Positions 13,079 through 27,684 of a DNA stretch of 64,000 bases are shown one piece after another. The stretch covers positions 548,551 to 612,550 of the forward strand of contig NW_014577071.1 of NCBI RefSeq assembly GCF_000485595.1, read 5' to 3'. The position numbers were made by a program, and so were the translations under genes. Each line of letters opens with the position of its first letter. Position 1 is the stretch's first letter. The notes under the pieces are model-generated. The model was not told where the DNA came from, made no database searches, and saw only the letters and a program-made list of their open reading frames with translations. Source of the stretch: Priapulus caudatus. Taxonomy: Eukaryota.

Positions 13079-14846
13079 AGAAGAATAAGAAGTAGCAGCA
13101 GCAGCAGCAATAGCAGCAGCAGCAGCAGCAGCAACAACGACAACAACAACAATGACGACGACGAAGAAGAAAATAATAAAATTAGCAACAGCAACAACAA
13201 CAACTAATCACCAACACCAGCAATCCTTATTCGTGCGGTAACTAACAACTTCAAAAAATCTCGTAATATTACCGCAGAGATTTGATTTGCAAATGCGCTG
13301 GCAATTTATTCAAGCGCATGCATTTAGCTTTATCTATAAGCGCAATATCTACAAGAATATGCGATAGATGCGGTGCGTGCGCATGACACTTGCAGATGCT
13401 GTTGGTTCGAATTGCTTCACTGCTCTGCTGAACATATTATAACTGTCGGGGATGCTGCAGGGAAGCATAACTCAATTTCCTCTATCGGCCGATGAAAGCG
13501 TCCGTGCTGAACGCGTGGAGCGCTGACACAGACTGCCTCCCCCTGGCGGCGTACAGCAATGTACGAGAGAGAAAAAACAAACAATTGAACGACGGTGTAC
13601 GGGGGAACACGTATCACATGCAGGTGTGTGTGTGTGTGTGTGCGCGCGCGCGTGTGTGTGTGTGTGTGTGTGCCAGCTCCCGTTACTACCTCGAACGTCG
13701 GAATACGTCGTACGTATATATTCACTGACTTAAGCGGCCCTAAACAGCAATATAATATTCCTGCCGTAGCCTGAGAAACACACACTGCGTCTTCCACAGC
13801 CTGCATGGATATATGAAGTCTTGCATAGCATATATCGATTGTATATCCGGTCAGAGACAGTCTGTAGAGTAATAACCCGGTTATGACAACCCAGATTGTG
13901 GCAACCCAGGTTACGCAAATTCGCACATAATTAAATTTTGATCACTTTCCTCGCGATACGAATCGAGCTCGTTCACTCTTGCGAAATGCTTCGAAATAAT
14001 AAGTTAGTTTTTCTACTCAAAAAGTGGCGCGCCCGATCGACGTATAATTCATGATAATCGATGTAATAATTCATGTAATAAGAAACCGCGATTCGAGTTA
14101 CGGGTTTTCAAGCGTTTTCTTTGTGGAGCGCATTACTATTTTACGCAACGTCGGTGTTACTGTACAGCTGTGTGTGCGTGCGTGCGCGCGTGCGTGCGTG
14201 TATGCGTAACAAGACAGACATATCATGCACAGTATACAACACAACTGACTGGTAATTTGGCCATGACCTGCAGAGTATATATATAAGATAAATGACACGG
14301 CCCGTGGTCTGTATAATTATGCGTGTCTGTGTATGCATGTTAGTGCGTGTGGCTGTATGTTTATTGGGATAGGGCTGAGTATTAGGCATCTGTTCAGGAC
14401 TGCCTATACAGCCGGCACATACACGAGGGTATTAAATGCATTTATAGAGTAATTTCCTCGCATTAATCCAGCTCGTGCGTAGAATACCGCTATTGAACTA
14501 CCATCGACATATGCAGCTTATTCGCTCCGTATAAGAAGCTCAGTCCCAGCGGCAGTAGAGGCAGGACATCAAAAAATCAAAATGAAGCAATTGTTCGCGC
14601 CCTGTCAATCCACGAGTTACGCATTACCGATTACCCGTGATGCATAAACGAATCTGATGTTGATCATATATTATACATGGATGACTGGCTCGCTGGAATG
14701 TATTATTTATACAAGGAGACCGCGTGGCCGTATGAGCTACAGCCTAACCGTATAACTAACTATACGTACAGACGGGGCGCAGAATTCGGCGCGCTGTTTT
14801 GTAAAACTCACTTCAGCTCACGCCATCGCACGCACGAACGCACGAA

Positions 14847-14882
<36 letters not shown>

Positions 14883-14973
14883 CACATATACGCACGCACG
14901 CATGCACGCACGAACGCACACGCACACACACACACACACGCGCGCGCGCACGCACACACCACCACCACACGCA

Positions 14974-15047
<74 letters not shown>

Positions 15048-15647
15048 GCGCGCGCAAGCACGCGAGGCTTGGCGTGGAAGCAAATTAACGGACTGTCTGT
15101 CTGACGTCGACAGTGCGAATGATTAATATGAGTCCGCCCGATGGCTTAGCTGCTAGTCCCGCGGTCGACGGATCGGATCAGAGCTACTCAGCGAATCGGT
15201 AATATTGCTGTACGATGTCGCCGTGGCCTAGTGAGATGACCGCTCGACGAATGCCATGACCATTGAAAGCCTCTTATCGAAGCACGGCTCTGCTCTCTCT
15301 CGCGCGCTCGGCTCTCTCTCCTCTCTCTCTCTCCTCTCTCATCTCTCTCTCTTCTCGTGCTGGCGTCTCTCCTCTCTCTCTCTTCTTTCTCTCTCTCTCT
15401 CTCTCTTCTTTCTCTCTCACTCTCTCTCGCTCGCGCTCTCTTCTCTCTTTCGTTGTCTCTCTCACTCTCTCACTCTCTCTCGCTCCGCGGTATCCTCTCT
15501 CTCTTTGTGACTCGCTCTCGCTCCCCTCTCGCCTCCTTTCTTTCTCTCTTTGTCTCTCTTTCTTCTCTCTCCTCTCTCACACACTCTCGCTCCCCCTCTC
15601 TTACTTTTTGTTTCTCTTTCTTCTTCTCTCTCTCTCTCTCACTCTCG

Positions 15648-15698
<51 letters not shown>

Positions 15699-15731
15699 CT
15701 CTGTCTCTCTCCCCCTCTATCTCCCTTCTCT

Positions 15732-15765
<34 letters not shown>

Positions 15766-18700
15766 TTCACACACACTCCCTCTGTCTCTCCCTTCTCTCT
15801 GTCTTGCGGTCTCTTCATCCGTTCCTGTCTCTCTCGATCGCTTCGCCTTTTCATCGTCAGCATAATGGAAGCACTAATTAAAATTTCACTCTGGCTTATC
15901 GACGTGGATTATAACGCAAGACTGGTCAGACCAGCTTCAGCTGCTGCTAGAGAGAAGTTGTCGGCATGTGCACGTTATGTATTATGCGAGACCCTTGCGT
16001 GACACTACGCGTGTACGAAGCGCCCACACGCGCGCGCGGCGCGCGAGGGAAGGCGTTGAAGCGCACGCGTGATACTGTAGCGTCTCTCTAAACAGCTGTG
16101 TGCCATTCTGACGTTCTGTAGCTGTTGCTAATGCGTCTTTCATCGAGCGATGCAGACGCGGCAGATCGCGTCTGACCTCATTTCTGCTGCCCGCTGGCAG
16201 TAAGCTGCCGCCGTTTCGGCCTTTTCGAANNNNNNNNNNNNNNNNNNNNNNNNNGACTTGGCGACGACGGATCGTATAGATCAGAACCCGGAACCCTGGT
16301 GGATACAGCGGAATAATGCCACTCGCCTGGGTCATAGAGCAGCTGTTTTCATAACACAGCTAAAGCACATTATTCGGCACATAATACATGGGTAATTGAT
16401 CGATGTGTGTGCATCTTACTCGTATTAAGTGCAGCCACTAATATGGCCGGCGACGTTATGAGTACACGTCACAAACGTCGAGAATATATCGACAGACGCT
16501 ATGCAACGTGGGCCTTTTTAATAATAACACGGATCATGGAAAGGATACCAGCTACACGCGCAATAGTGTGGCGGATTATTTACTTTAGCATATTACCAAT
16601 GATCGACGAATGAACGCACATTCATAAGCAATAGTATATAAGTAAATAATAATATTATAATTCATAACTTTTAATAATATATTAGAGAGAGCAGGACGAC
16701 GATGAAGGAAGAATACGGAGGCGGGAAAAGCAAGAAGAAGAGCAAGAGAACAAAACACAGTCGGAAGAAGACAGAACAGACGAGAAGAGAGAGAATGGAA
16801 GAACAGCGAGAAGCAGCAAGAAGGAGAAGAAGAAAAACAGAAGAGAACGAAGACGAAGAAGAGACGAGAAGTAGCAGCACAGCACAGCAATAGGCAGGCA
16901 GCAGCAGCAGAACAACGAACGAACAACACAACAATGACGACGACGAAGAAGAAAAATAATAAAATTAGCAACAGCCACACACAACAACTAATCGACCAAC
17001 ACCAGATCCTTATTGCGTGCAGTAACTAACAATTCAAAAATTCGTAATATTACCGCAAGAAGATTTGATTTGCATGCGGCTGGCAATTTATTCAGCGCAG
17101 TTGCGCATTTAGCTTTTCTATCAAGCGCAATATTCAAGAATATGCGCGTAGTGCGGTGCCTTGCGCATGACACTTGCAAGATGCTGTTGGTTCGAATTGC
17201 TTCACTGCTCTGCTGAACATATTATACACTGTCGGGATGCTGCAGGGAAGCATAACTCATTTCCTCTATCGGCCGATGAAGCACCGCGGTCCGTCTGACG
17301 CGTGGAGACGGCTGACACGACTGCCTCCCCTGGCGGACGTAGCGAATGTACGGAGGAAAAACAACAAGCCATTTGAACGACGGATTGTACGGGGGAACAC
17401 GTATCAGCATGCAGGTGTGTGTGTGTGTGGTGTGTGTGTGTGTGTGTGTAGTGCGCGCAGCGGCCGCGGCGACGGCTCGAATCTCAGGCCTACGTGTGGG
17501 TGTGTGTGTGGATGTGTGCCAGCTCCGTTACTACCTCGAACGTCGGATACGTGACGTATTATATCACACTGACTTAACGCGCCTAAGCAGCATTAATATT
17601 CCGTTGCCGTAGCCTAGAGAGAACACACTGCGTCTATCCCAGCCTGCATGGATATATGACCAGTCTTGCATTGCATATATCGAGTGTATTCCGGTCGAAG
17701 ACAGTCTGTAGAGTAAAACCGGATTATAGACACCAGGTTATGACAACCCGGTACGCAATTCGCACATAATTAATATTTGAATCAAGCTTTCCCTCGCGAT
17801 AACGATCGAGCTCGTCTCACATGCGTGCGAATTTCTTCGAAATAATAGGAAAGTTAGTTTTTCTACTCAAAAAGTGGGCGCGCCCGATCGACGTATAATT
17901 CTCTGAATCGATGTAATAATTCTGTTATAAGAAAGCGATGACGGTTACGGGTTTTCAAGCGTTTTCTTTGTGGAGCGCATTACTATTTTACGCAACGTCG
18001 GTGTTACTTGTATAGCTGTGGTGTGGCGGTGGTGCGCGCGTGCGTGCGCTGTTATGTGTAACAAGACAGACATATCACAGTTAAACACAACTGACTGGTA
18101 ATGTTGGCATGACCTGCAGAGGTATATTATACAGATAATGGGCACGGCCGTGGTCTGTATAATTATGGTGTCTGTGTATGCATGTTAGTGCGTGTGCTGT
18201 ATGTTTATTGGGATAGGGCTGAGTATTAGGCTCTGTTCAGGACTGCTATACAGCGCGCACATACGAGGGTATTTATGCATTTTAGAGTAATTTCCTCGCA
18301 TTAATCCAGCTCGTGCGTAGAGAATACCGCTATTGAACTCATCGAGACATATGCAGCTTATTCGCTCGCTTATAAGAAGCTCAGTCCCAGCGGCAGTAGA
18401 GCAGGACATCAAAAAATCAAATGAGAGCAATTGTTCGCGCGCCTGTCATCCACGAGTTACGCATTACGATTACCGCGTGATGCATAAACGAATCTGATGT
18501 TGATCATATATTATACATGAATGACTGGCTCGATGAATGGTATTATTTCTAAGGAGACCGGTGGCCGTATGAGCTACAGCCTAACCGTATAACTAACTAT
18601 ACGGTACAGACGGGGCGCAAGAATTCGGCGCGCTGTTTTGTAAACTCACTTTAGGCTCACGCATCGCACGCACGCACGCCAGAACGCACGCAGCACGCAC

Positions 18701-18846
18701 GCACGCACCAACATACACGCAACACGCACGCACGCACACGCACGCACACGCGACACACACACGCACGCGCGCGCGGCGCAGCGCGCGGCACGCACACACC
18801 ACCACCGCAGCAGCACGCCGCACGCACTCACACACACACACCACAC

Positions 18847-18877
<31 letters not shown>

Positions 18878-19219
18878 CATGCACGCACACACACGCGCGC
18901 GCGCAGCACGCGAGCTTGGGCGTGGAAGCAAATTAACGACTGTCTGTTCTGACGTCGACAGTGCGAGATGTTATATGAGTCCGCACGATGGTTAGCTGCT
19001 AGTCCGCGCGTCGACGGATCGGATCAGAGTCTACTCAGCGAATCGGTTATTTGCTGTACGATGTCGCGTGGCTAGTGAGATGACCGTCGACGAATGCCAT
19101 GACATTGAAAGCCTCTTATCGAAGCACGGCTCTCTCTTTCTCGCGGCGCTCGGCTCTCTTCTCTCTCTCTCTCCTCTCTCTCTCTCTTTCTCGCGCGCGC
19201 GTCTCTCTCTCTCTCTCTC

Positions 19220-19254
<35 letters not shown>

Positions 19255-19474
19255 ACTCTCTCTCGTCGCGCTCTCTTCTCTCTTTCGTTGTTCTCTTCAC
19301 TTCTACTCTCTCTCGCTCGCCGTATCTCTCTCTCTTTTGTGAACTCGCTCTCGCTCCCCTCTCGCCGCCTTTCTTTCTCTCTTTGTCTCTCTTCTTCCTC
19401 TCTCTCTCTCACACACTTTCGCTCCCCTCTCTTCTTTTGTTTCTCTTTCTTTCTCCTCTTCTCTCTCACTCTCG

Positions 19475-19518
<44 letters not shown>

Positions 19519-19556
19519 CTCTCTTCTGTCTCTCTCCCCCTCTATCTCCCTTCTCT

Positions 19557-19590
<34 letters not shown>

Positions 19591-20060
19591 TCACACGCAC
19601 TCCTCTGTCTCTCCTTCTCTCTGTCTTGCGGTTTTTCATCCTTCCTCTGTCTCTCTCGATCGTGCCTTTTCATCGTCAGCACTAATGGAAGCACTAATTA
19701 AAGTTTCAATCTGGCTTATCGACGTGATTAACGCAAGACTGGTCGACCAGCTTCAGCCTGCTGCTAGAGAGAAGTTGTCGGCATGTGCACGTTATGTAGT
19801 GTATGCGAGACCCTTGCGTGCAACTACGCGTGTACGAAGAACCACACGCGCGCGCGGCGCGCGAGGGAAGCGTTGAAGCGCACCGCTGATACTGTAGCGT
19901 CTCTCTAACAGCTGTGTGGCTTTGCTGACGTTCTGGTAGCTGTTGCTAACAATGCCGTCTTTTCATCGGAGCGATGCAGAACGCGGCCAGATTCGCGTCT
20001 GACGGCCTGCAGTTCTGCTGCGCGCTGGCGCAGCTAGCTGCCGCCGTTTTCGGCGCGGAA
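12498..20060 (+). repeat. About 3.7-kb tandem duplication (12498-16229 vs 16255-20060) across a 25-N gap
   Basis: Colinear unique sequence and microsatellites recur; differences are dominated by scattered 1-2 bp indels. Confidence 0.92.
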
Positions 20061-20656
20061 GTCGATAAACTCCGAAATTGATTGCTGTCGGGAATTGCGC
20101 GCCTGCGCTTGTAGGCTTTGCTAATCGCGTGCGCGTGTGATCGGGAATAACGCAGTTACTCTCCGTTACACATGTACGGCAGCAACGCGGATTGCATTTT
20201 CCCGCGACATATTTTTCGCGGGCCGTTTCGTAGTCGTTTTCCAACACGACGATGACCGATGCACAAGATTTCGGCATATTGCCGGTGTTCGTGTTTGTCT
20301 AGGGTGACGTTACGAGCCATGGATAGGAGCGGGGAGGGTATGGACCGCCGTCGAGCTTGGCGTTCCCGGAAGTGATTGTGATCCATTCTTCGCGGGATGG
20401 CTTGTCCGGTTTCGCCCTGCAAGTATAGTCGCACCTACAAAGGACGCAGTGAGTTTCATTTTCGTTATATTGCATTTTTTCGTCCGGTATACGGTGCGAC
20501 ACCGTCTTGCGCGTTATTGGTTGGCCGCATCGTGACGTCACTTTGGGGGTGTGGGGTGGGGGGAGATGATGGTTGGCTCGGCGAGCGCAATCTAATAACA
20601 CTCAATTGTGAAGCCGATCTTCGTTGCCTCTCCGGAGAGGTAGATTGCGAGACCTG

Positions 20657-21530
20657 CAGCGTGTCTGTCATCACTGTCTGTAACGGTAGACTGAATATAG
20701 CGTGTCTGTCCATCACTGTGTGGTTAACGGTCAGCTGAATATAAGGCGTGTCTGTCATCCGCTGTGTCTGTACGGTCAGCCTGATTACAGCGTGTTTTGT
20801 ATGATTGTAGTGTAACGGTCAGCTGAATATAGGGTGTCTGTCTCACTGTCTGTAACGAGTCAGCGAGATATGGGCGTGTCTGTCATACTGGGTGTGTAAA
20901 CGGTCAGCCTGATACAGCGTGTCTGTCGACATTGTGTGTAACGGTCTAGCTGAATATAGGCGTGTCGTTCATCACTGTGTGTAACGGTCAGCCTGATACA
21001 GCGTGTCTGCTCATTCACTGTGTGTTAAACGGTCAGCTGAATTATAGGTGTCTGTTCTTCGTGTGTAACGGTCAGCTGAATATAGGCGTGTCTGTCATCA
21101 CTGGTGTGCTAACGGTCGCTGATACAGCGTGTCTGCATCACTTTGTGTAAAGGTCAGCGAATATAGGCTGTCTGTACTCACTGTCTGTAACGGTCAGCTG
21201 ATACAGACGTGTCTGTTATCTGGTTGTGTAACGGTCAGCTGAATTAAGCGTATGTCTGTTCACGTGTGTAAACGGGTCAGCTGAAATAAGGCGCTGGTGT
21301 ATTCATCACATGTCTGTACGCGTCAGGCCCGATACAGCTGTGTCTGTATATATCACTGTCTGTAACGGTTCGCCTAATACAGCGTGTCTGTCATCACTGT
21401 CATGTAACGGTCAGGGCTGATACGAACGTTGTTTGTATACCGTGCATGTAAGGTCAGCCTGATACAACGTGCTTGTCATTATGCCTGTACCGGTCTAGGT
21501 GGTATCAGACATGTCTGTCACACTGGGACC
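20657..21530. repeat. 41/42-bp minisatellite (noisy copy)
   Basis: Unit GCGTGTCTGTCATCACTGTGTGTAACGGTCAG followed by CTGAATATAG or CCTGATACA; about 20 units. Confidence 0.9.
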
Positions 21531-22844
21531 AGTGCTGCTGTTGTACATTAGTTCGGTTCGATACGAGGCATTGGTGTTGTTTGGTAGTTTACAGGGATCG
21601 AAGGCACGGGTGTAGACTCTCATAACTAATCGAATATCAGATAATATCTAATATGAATCGGACGAGGCGATTTTTGACGACTGACGACAGTACTTATGTG
21701 CAACTTCAGGTTACATCGTTGACCTAATTAACACGCGGGTGTCACCTTAGCGGCTTCCGTTCGAAATCGTCACGACGCGACACTTCAATCAGGTAAAAGG
21801 ATTTGCATGCAATTTTTGTGGGGGAGGGTATCCAGATGTTTCACCGCCCTCTCTCACGCGATGTATATTTATTATATTATATATTATTTCATTTATTTAT
21901 TTTATACTATATACAATTAATATATATATATATTTATATATATATCATATTATATGATCGCACACAGCACACACAAACCTCACACCACACACACACCACA
22001 CACACATCACACCACAACACACCAGCACACACACACAACCACACAAACACCAACCACACACAAGCACACGAACACACAACAGCACACACACACAACAGAC
22101 ACACCCACACCGAACAACACGCACGCAACACATTAACACACATGACTGCAGCGGCGCACACCACACACACACACACACCAGTGCGCGCGCGATGCCGCAC
22201 GGCACGCACGCACGCACGCTAGCAACACAACACCCAAACACTAGCGAACACACACACACATATATATATATTGTATATTAATATATTGCACACCTAACGG
22301 ATACACAGGCTGGATATCGATAACGATTGTGCCACTGTCGGCAGTCCCACTCTAGATAGATATCACGCAAGTAATCTACGGCTGTATTCGACAGCCATCC
22401 ATCGACGCAGTGTGTGCCGGCCATACGGATATTAACGATTACCATATTAATGGGTTGGAACAAGTACTTTATGTGTGAGCAGGCATGGCGCGGGCATGTA
22501 GGTTATAACCTGCGGCGGCAACGTAGCAGCTCATTATAGGCAGAAACGCTATATAATGTGATTAATACGTGCATTGGTTGTATAGGACGTTAACCGCGAC
22601 ACTACGCCGTAGAACGCCACATTGGTGACACGGCAGCAGCAGCAGTAAAAACCCATTCAAATGCGCACAAACAACAAACGCAAACAGCACAGCAAAGCAA
22701 CAGCAACAGAGAGCAGCAGCAGCAGCAACAGCAGGCAGAAACAACAAGCAGCGCAACAACAACACACAGCAGCAGCAGCACGGCAGCATGCAGTAGCGCA
22801 GCAGAGTTGAAGCAATGTAAAAGCGGCAGCAATAGCAATAGCAT

Positions 22845-23125
22845 AGCAGTAGCAGTAGCAGTAGCAGTAGCAGTAGCAGTAGCAGTAGCAGTAGCAGTAG
22901 CAGTAGCAGTAGCAGTAGCAGTAGCAGTAGCAGTAGCAGTCGCAGTAGCAGTAGCAGTAGCAGTAGCAGTAGCAGTATCAGTAGCAGTAGCAGTAGCAGT
23001 AGCAGTAGCAGTAGCAGTAGCAGTCGCAGTAGCAGTAGCAGTAGCAGCAGTAGCAGTAGTAGTATCAGCAGTAGCAGTAGCAGTAGCAGTAGTAGTATCA
23101 GCAGTAGCAGTAGCAGTAGCAGTAA
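22845..23125. repeat. (AGTAGC)n hexanucleotide microsatellite within a CAG/TAG-rich tract
   Basis: Read directly; it produces the poly-L / poly-VA pseudo-ORFs. Confidence 0.95.
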
Positions 23126-26100
23126 CAGTAACGTAGCAGCATGTAGTATCAGCAACAGAAGTAACAGCAGCAAAAACGGCAACAGCAGCAGCGGCAGCAG
23201 CAGCAGCGGCAACAGCAGCAACGGCAGCAGCGGCAGCAGCGGCAAGGACAGCTGCAGGGGCGGCGGCAACAGTAGCAGCAACACTGTCATCGAGTGGTAT
23301 CTGGTGGCTAGTTCAGTTTTACAGTAAGTGAAAGCATTATAATTACCTACTGCACGCCATCAATACACGCTACGCTTCGATAGTCGGGGAACGTGCTAAC
23401 GCGACATTATGTTCGGCTGTTCAATAAGTACCGATCAAAAGTGAATTTTCCAACTAGGTCAGTCTACCAACTGGCTAGTTAAGGGCACATTTTCCGGCGT
23501 TCGGTGCTACGAAACAGTAGTCACGGGCCAGTATAGGTATTAAGTGGCCTCATGAATTGGCGGGATTTCTACTCGTTTAGAACGTAATGTAACAACAATA
23601 TTGCTGTTAAATTTTACGAATTTATCGGCAAATAGATGCAACTTGTACGCATTATAATTTTATAATGCTGATGATAATATTGATATATTATTATATGTGG
23701 CATGGGATATATATGTGAGGAAGTAATTATTACGCAGCAGTAATTTGTTTAGCGGAACAAAGTGCAAAATGTAAAAAATATGGGAATTAAACGTTTTGCT
23801 ATTTCAGTGTTATGATATTCCCACGTGTGTAAGCAAGGTCAGAACAAGCACTAAAACCAGATTTGAACGTCAATTTTCATTATGACAAAGCAACATCTCT
23901 CACATGCATTAATGCATCACTGCGTGGGAGGTCACGTGCAGTGAGTGGAAAGGCAATATCCCGCGAGAGACTTCACCACGGTAGTTGGTTACACAAAATA
24001 CAGGGGGAAAGGCGAACAACGGTTGCTCAGCTAACTCTATAGCGAGACACAAAATACTTCCAACGTTTGACGAGCGTGTGAAATCTATTCACAACTTAGC
24101 AGTAGCGGAAGAAGCAGTAGTACTAAAATCAGTAGCAGCTGTAGCAGTAGCCGTAGTACCAGCAACAGTAATAGTAGCAGCAGTAGCATAGCTAGCATCA
24201 CACATTGCGTTAAATGTCGTAATATTGTGTGGCACGTTATTTTCGGTACCATTAAACTATTCTGTTTCGTCGAACGAAGTCCGAACGAAGTCCGAACGAA
24301 GTCCGAACGAAGTCTCGAAACGCGTAATTAGCATTGTAAGTAATACTGTAAAGAGTGATTCTATAACTAAAATACGTGGAGCGTTCCATTACATAACATT
24401 CGGTGGGCATTTGTTGGAAACGCATCGATCTAAACATCAACTATAAAGCAGAGAAGCGTTACAATTCCAGGCGCAGCAGGATTTTACATTTTTAGGTGGT
24501 AAACAGGAGGCCTATAGCTTTCAAGTGTTTTCGTCCGGTAAGACGGTTAAGTTATGATCTGAAAAAAAAGGTTAAAAAAACCAATAAGCGGTCTTTGTTA
24601 GTCCGTCATATAACTACATCTCAAGAGGAGTAGTACCATCGGTGGTAATACTCGGTAAATATGCTCATGGTGAAGTAAAACATTGAAGAATTGGAGCCTT
24701 TATTACGACATAACGTTTGTTCACTTGTTCGCGCATGCGCATTGTTGTCGCATCACCTCGGTCCGTATTCGTGTTTACTCACATCGGCAACGTCGCCGGA
24801 GTAAGCGCTTGGTTCGTGATCCGCATATTATATAGATCTGCTCGATTCGGACTCCCCACGGACGCCCCTACGAGAACGGACGTCGGTCCGAATCCGGTAG
24901 ATATCTTCCTCATGACTCTCGGATTGACACGGATTCGCGAGCGAAAAGTCGGTTGCGACGCGCGCGAAAGCCGGAACAGCGAATCGAAGAATGGATGGCT
25001 TTAGCGACGACAAATTTATTCGAATCGAGATAGAACCTTGTGTCTACGAAACTGTCTACGAAGCTCAGCACAATACGAGGCGATAATGCAAACCCGTAAT
25101 CTACGGATGACTAGTGTGAACATAGAACGCAGAATGCCAAGCCGACCCTTGGAGCCCACATTAAGACAGCAGTATGATATTATTTCTGGACAAGCCACAT
25201 GCTATCACGAAAAGCGACAGGAATGAATTCAGACAGAGTCGTTTGACGTGCCAACAGACAGAGCTCAATGATACGGAAAACCATCACTTCTTTTCTGCGC
25301 GATAAATCACATCAGCATAATGGAAGCACTAATTAAATTTCACTCTGGCTTATCGACGTGGATTAAACGCAAGACTGGTCAGACCAGCTTCAGCTGCTGC
25401 TAGAGCGATGTTGTCGGCATGTGCGCGTTATGTATGTATGCGAAACCCTTGCGTGACACTACGCGTGTACGAACACACGCGCGCGCGCGCGAGGGAAGGC
25501 GTTGAAGCGCACGCGCGCGATACTGTACGTCTCTCTAACAGCTGTGTGCCTTCTGACGTTCCTGTAGCTGTTGCTAAAATGCCGTCTTTCATCGGAGCGA
25601 TGCAGACGCGGCACAGATCGCGTCTGACGGCTGCATTTCTGCTGCCCGCTGGCGCAGTAGCTGCCGCCGTTTCGGCCGCGAAGTCCGAATAAAATCCGAA
25701 ATGATTGCTGTCAGAATTGCCGCGCTGCGCTATAGCTTTGCTACTCGCCTGCGCGTGTGAGTCGGCGAATAAACGCAGTTACTTCCGTTACACATGTACG
25801 GACATGTAGCAGAAGCACGCGGTGCATTTTCCCGCGACATATTTTTCACGGGCGTTCATAGTCCGTTTCCAACGATGCACGATGCACAAGATTTCGCAAT
25901 TGCCCGGTGTTCGTGTTTGTCTAGGGTGACGTTACGAGCCACTGGGTAGGAGGGGGAGGGTAGGACAGGACCGTCGAGCTGGCGTTCCCCGGAAGTGATT
26001 GTGATCATTTCTCGCGGACAGCGCTTGTCCGGTTTCGCCCCTGCAAGTATATCGCCACCTACAGAAGACGCAGTGATTTCATTTTCGTTATATTGCATTT

Positions 26101-26276
26101 TTTCGCTCCGTATACGGTGCGACACCGTCTTGCGCGTTATGGTTGCCGCACCGTGACGTCACTTTGGGGGTGGGGGTGGGGGGATGATGGTTGGTCGGCG
26201 AGCGCAATCTAATAACAACTCAATTGTGAAGCCGATCTCGTTGCCTCTCCGGCAGGAGTAGTAGCTGCAGCCTGCA

Positions 26277-27120
26277 GCGTGTCTGTCATCACTGTCTGTA
26301 ACGGTCAGCTGAATATAGGCGTGTCTGTCATCACTGTGTTGTAACGGTCAGCCTGATACAGCGTGTCTGTCATCACTGTGTGTAACGGTCAGCTGAATAT
26401 AAGCGTGTCTGTCATCACTGTCTGTAACGGTCAGCTGAATATAGGCGTGTCTGTCATCCACTGTGTTGTAAACGGTCAGCCTGATACAGCGTGTCTGTCA
26501 TTCATTGTGTGTAACGGTCACGCTGAATATTTAGGCGTGTCTGTCATCAGCTGTGTGTCAGCGGTCAGCCTGATACAGGCGTGTCTGTCATGCACTTGTG
26601 TAAGGGGTCAGCTGAGATATAGGCGTGTCTAGTCATCATTGTGTGTAACGGTCAAGCTGAATATAGCGCGTGTCTGTCATCATCTGTGCTGTAATGGGCA
26701 TCGGTCAGCGCGTGATACAGCGTGTCTGTCATCACTGTGTGTAACGGTCAGCTGAATATAGGCGTGTCTGTCAATCACTGTCTGTTAACGGTCACCTGAT
26801 ATAGGCGTGTCTGTCATCACTGTGTGTAACGGTCAGCTGAATATAGGCGTGTCTGTCATCACTGTGTGTAACGGTCAGCTGAATATAGGCGTGTCTGTCA
26901 TCAAGTGTCTGTAACGGTTCAGGCCCCGATACAGTGTGTCTGTTTATCACTGTCTGTAAACGTCAGCCTAATACAGCGTGTCTGTCATCACTGTCTGTAA
27001 CGGTCAGGCTGATACAGCGTGTTTTGTCCATGCACCGTCTGTAACGGTCAAGCCTGATACAGCGTGCGCTGTCATTACTGCCTGTAACGGTCAGTGTGGA
27101 TACAGCATGTCTGTCATACA
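26277..27120. repeat. 41/42-bp minisatellite (cleaner copy)
   Basis: Same unit as 20657-21530; about 20 units with two variant tails. Confidence 0.92.
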
Positions 27121-27523
27121 CTGGACCATGGCTTGCCTGTTGTAACATAGTTTCGTCGATAGCAGGCATTGTCGTGTTTGCGTAGTTATACAGAATCGAA
27201 GGCACGGGCTAGATCTACACTAACAATCGATAACGATAATAATCTAATAATGAATCGGACGAGGCGGATTTTGGACGGACTGACCGGAGCAGTATTAATG
27301 ATGACAAGCTCAGGTTACATCGTGACCCTAATTAACACGGGAGCGTGTCACCATTACGGGTCCGTATCGGAATCGTCAACGAACGCGCACACTTAATGCA
27401 GAGTAAAAGGTTCATGCAAATGAGTAATCCAGATGTCACCGCCCCTCTCTCACCGCGCATGTATAATAACTATATTATATATATATAATATTTATTTATT
27501 TATTATCTATATATACATATATA

Positions 27524-27561
<38 letters not shown>

Positions 27562-27638
27562 GGCACACAGACGCACCAACACCGCTACACACACACACAC
27601 ACACAGCGCACAACACACCACACACACACACACACACA

Positions 27639-27684
<46 letters not shown>

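Noticed and set aside
24717..25226. Short ORFs as possible transposase remnants
   Set aside because: No recognisable motif by eye; a TBLASTX/HMM search would be needed.
26277..27120. Possible CRISPR array or 14-aa repeat protein (GVSVITVCNGQLNI)
   Set aside because: No unique spacers and no cas genes in a eukaryotic intron; the 41-bp units break the reading frame.
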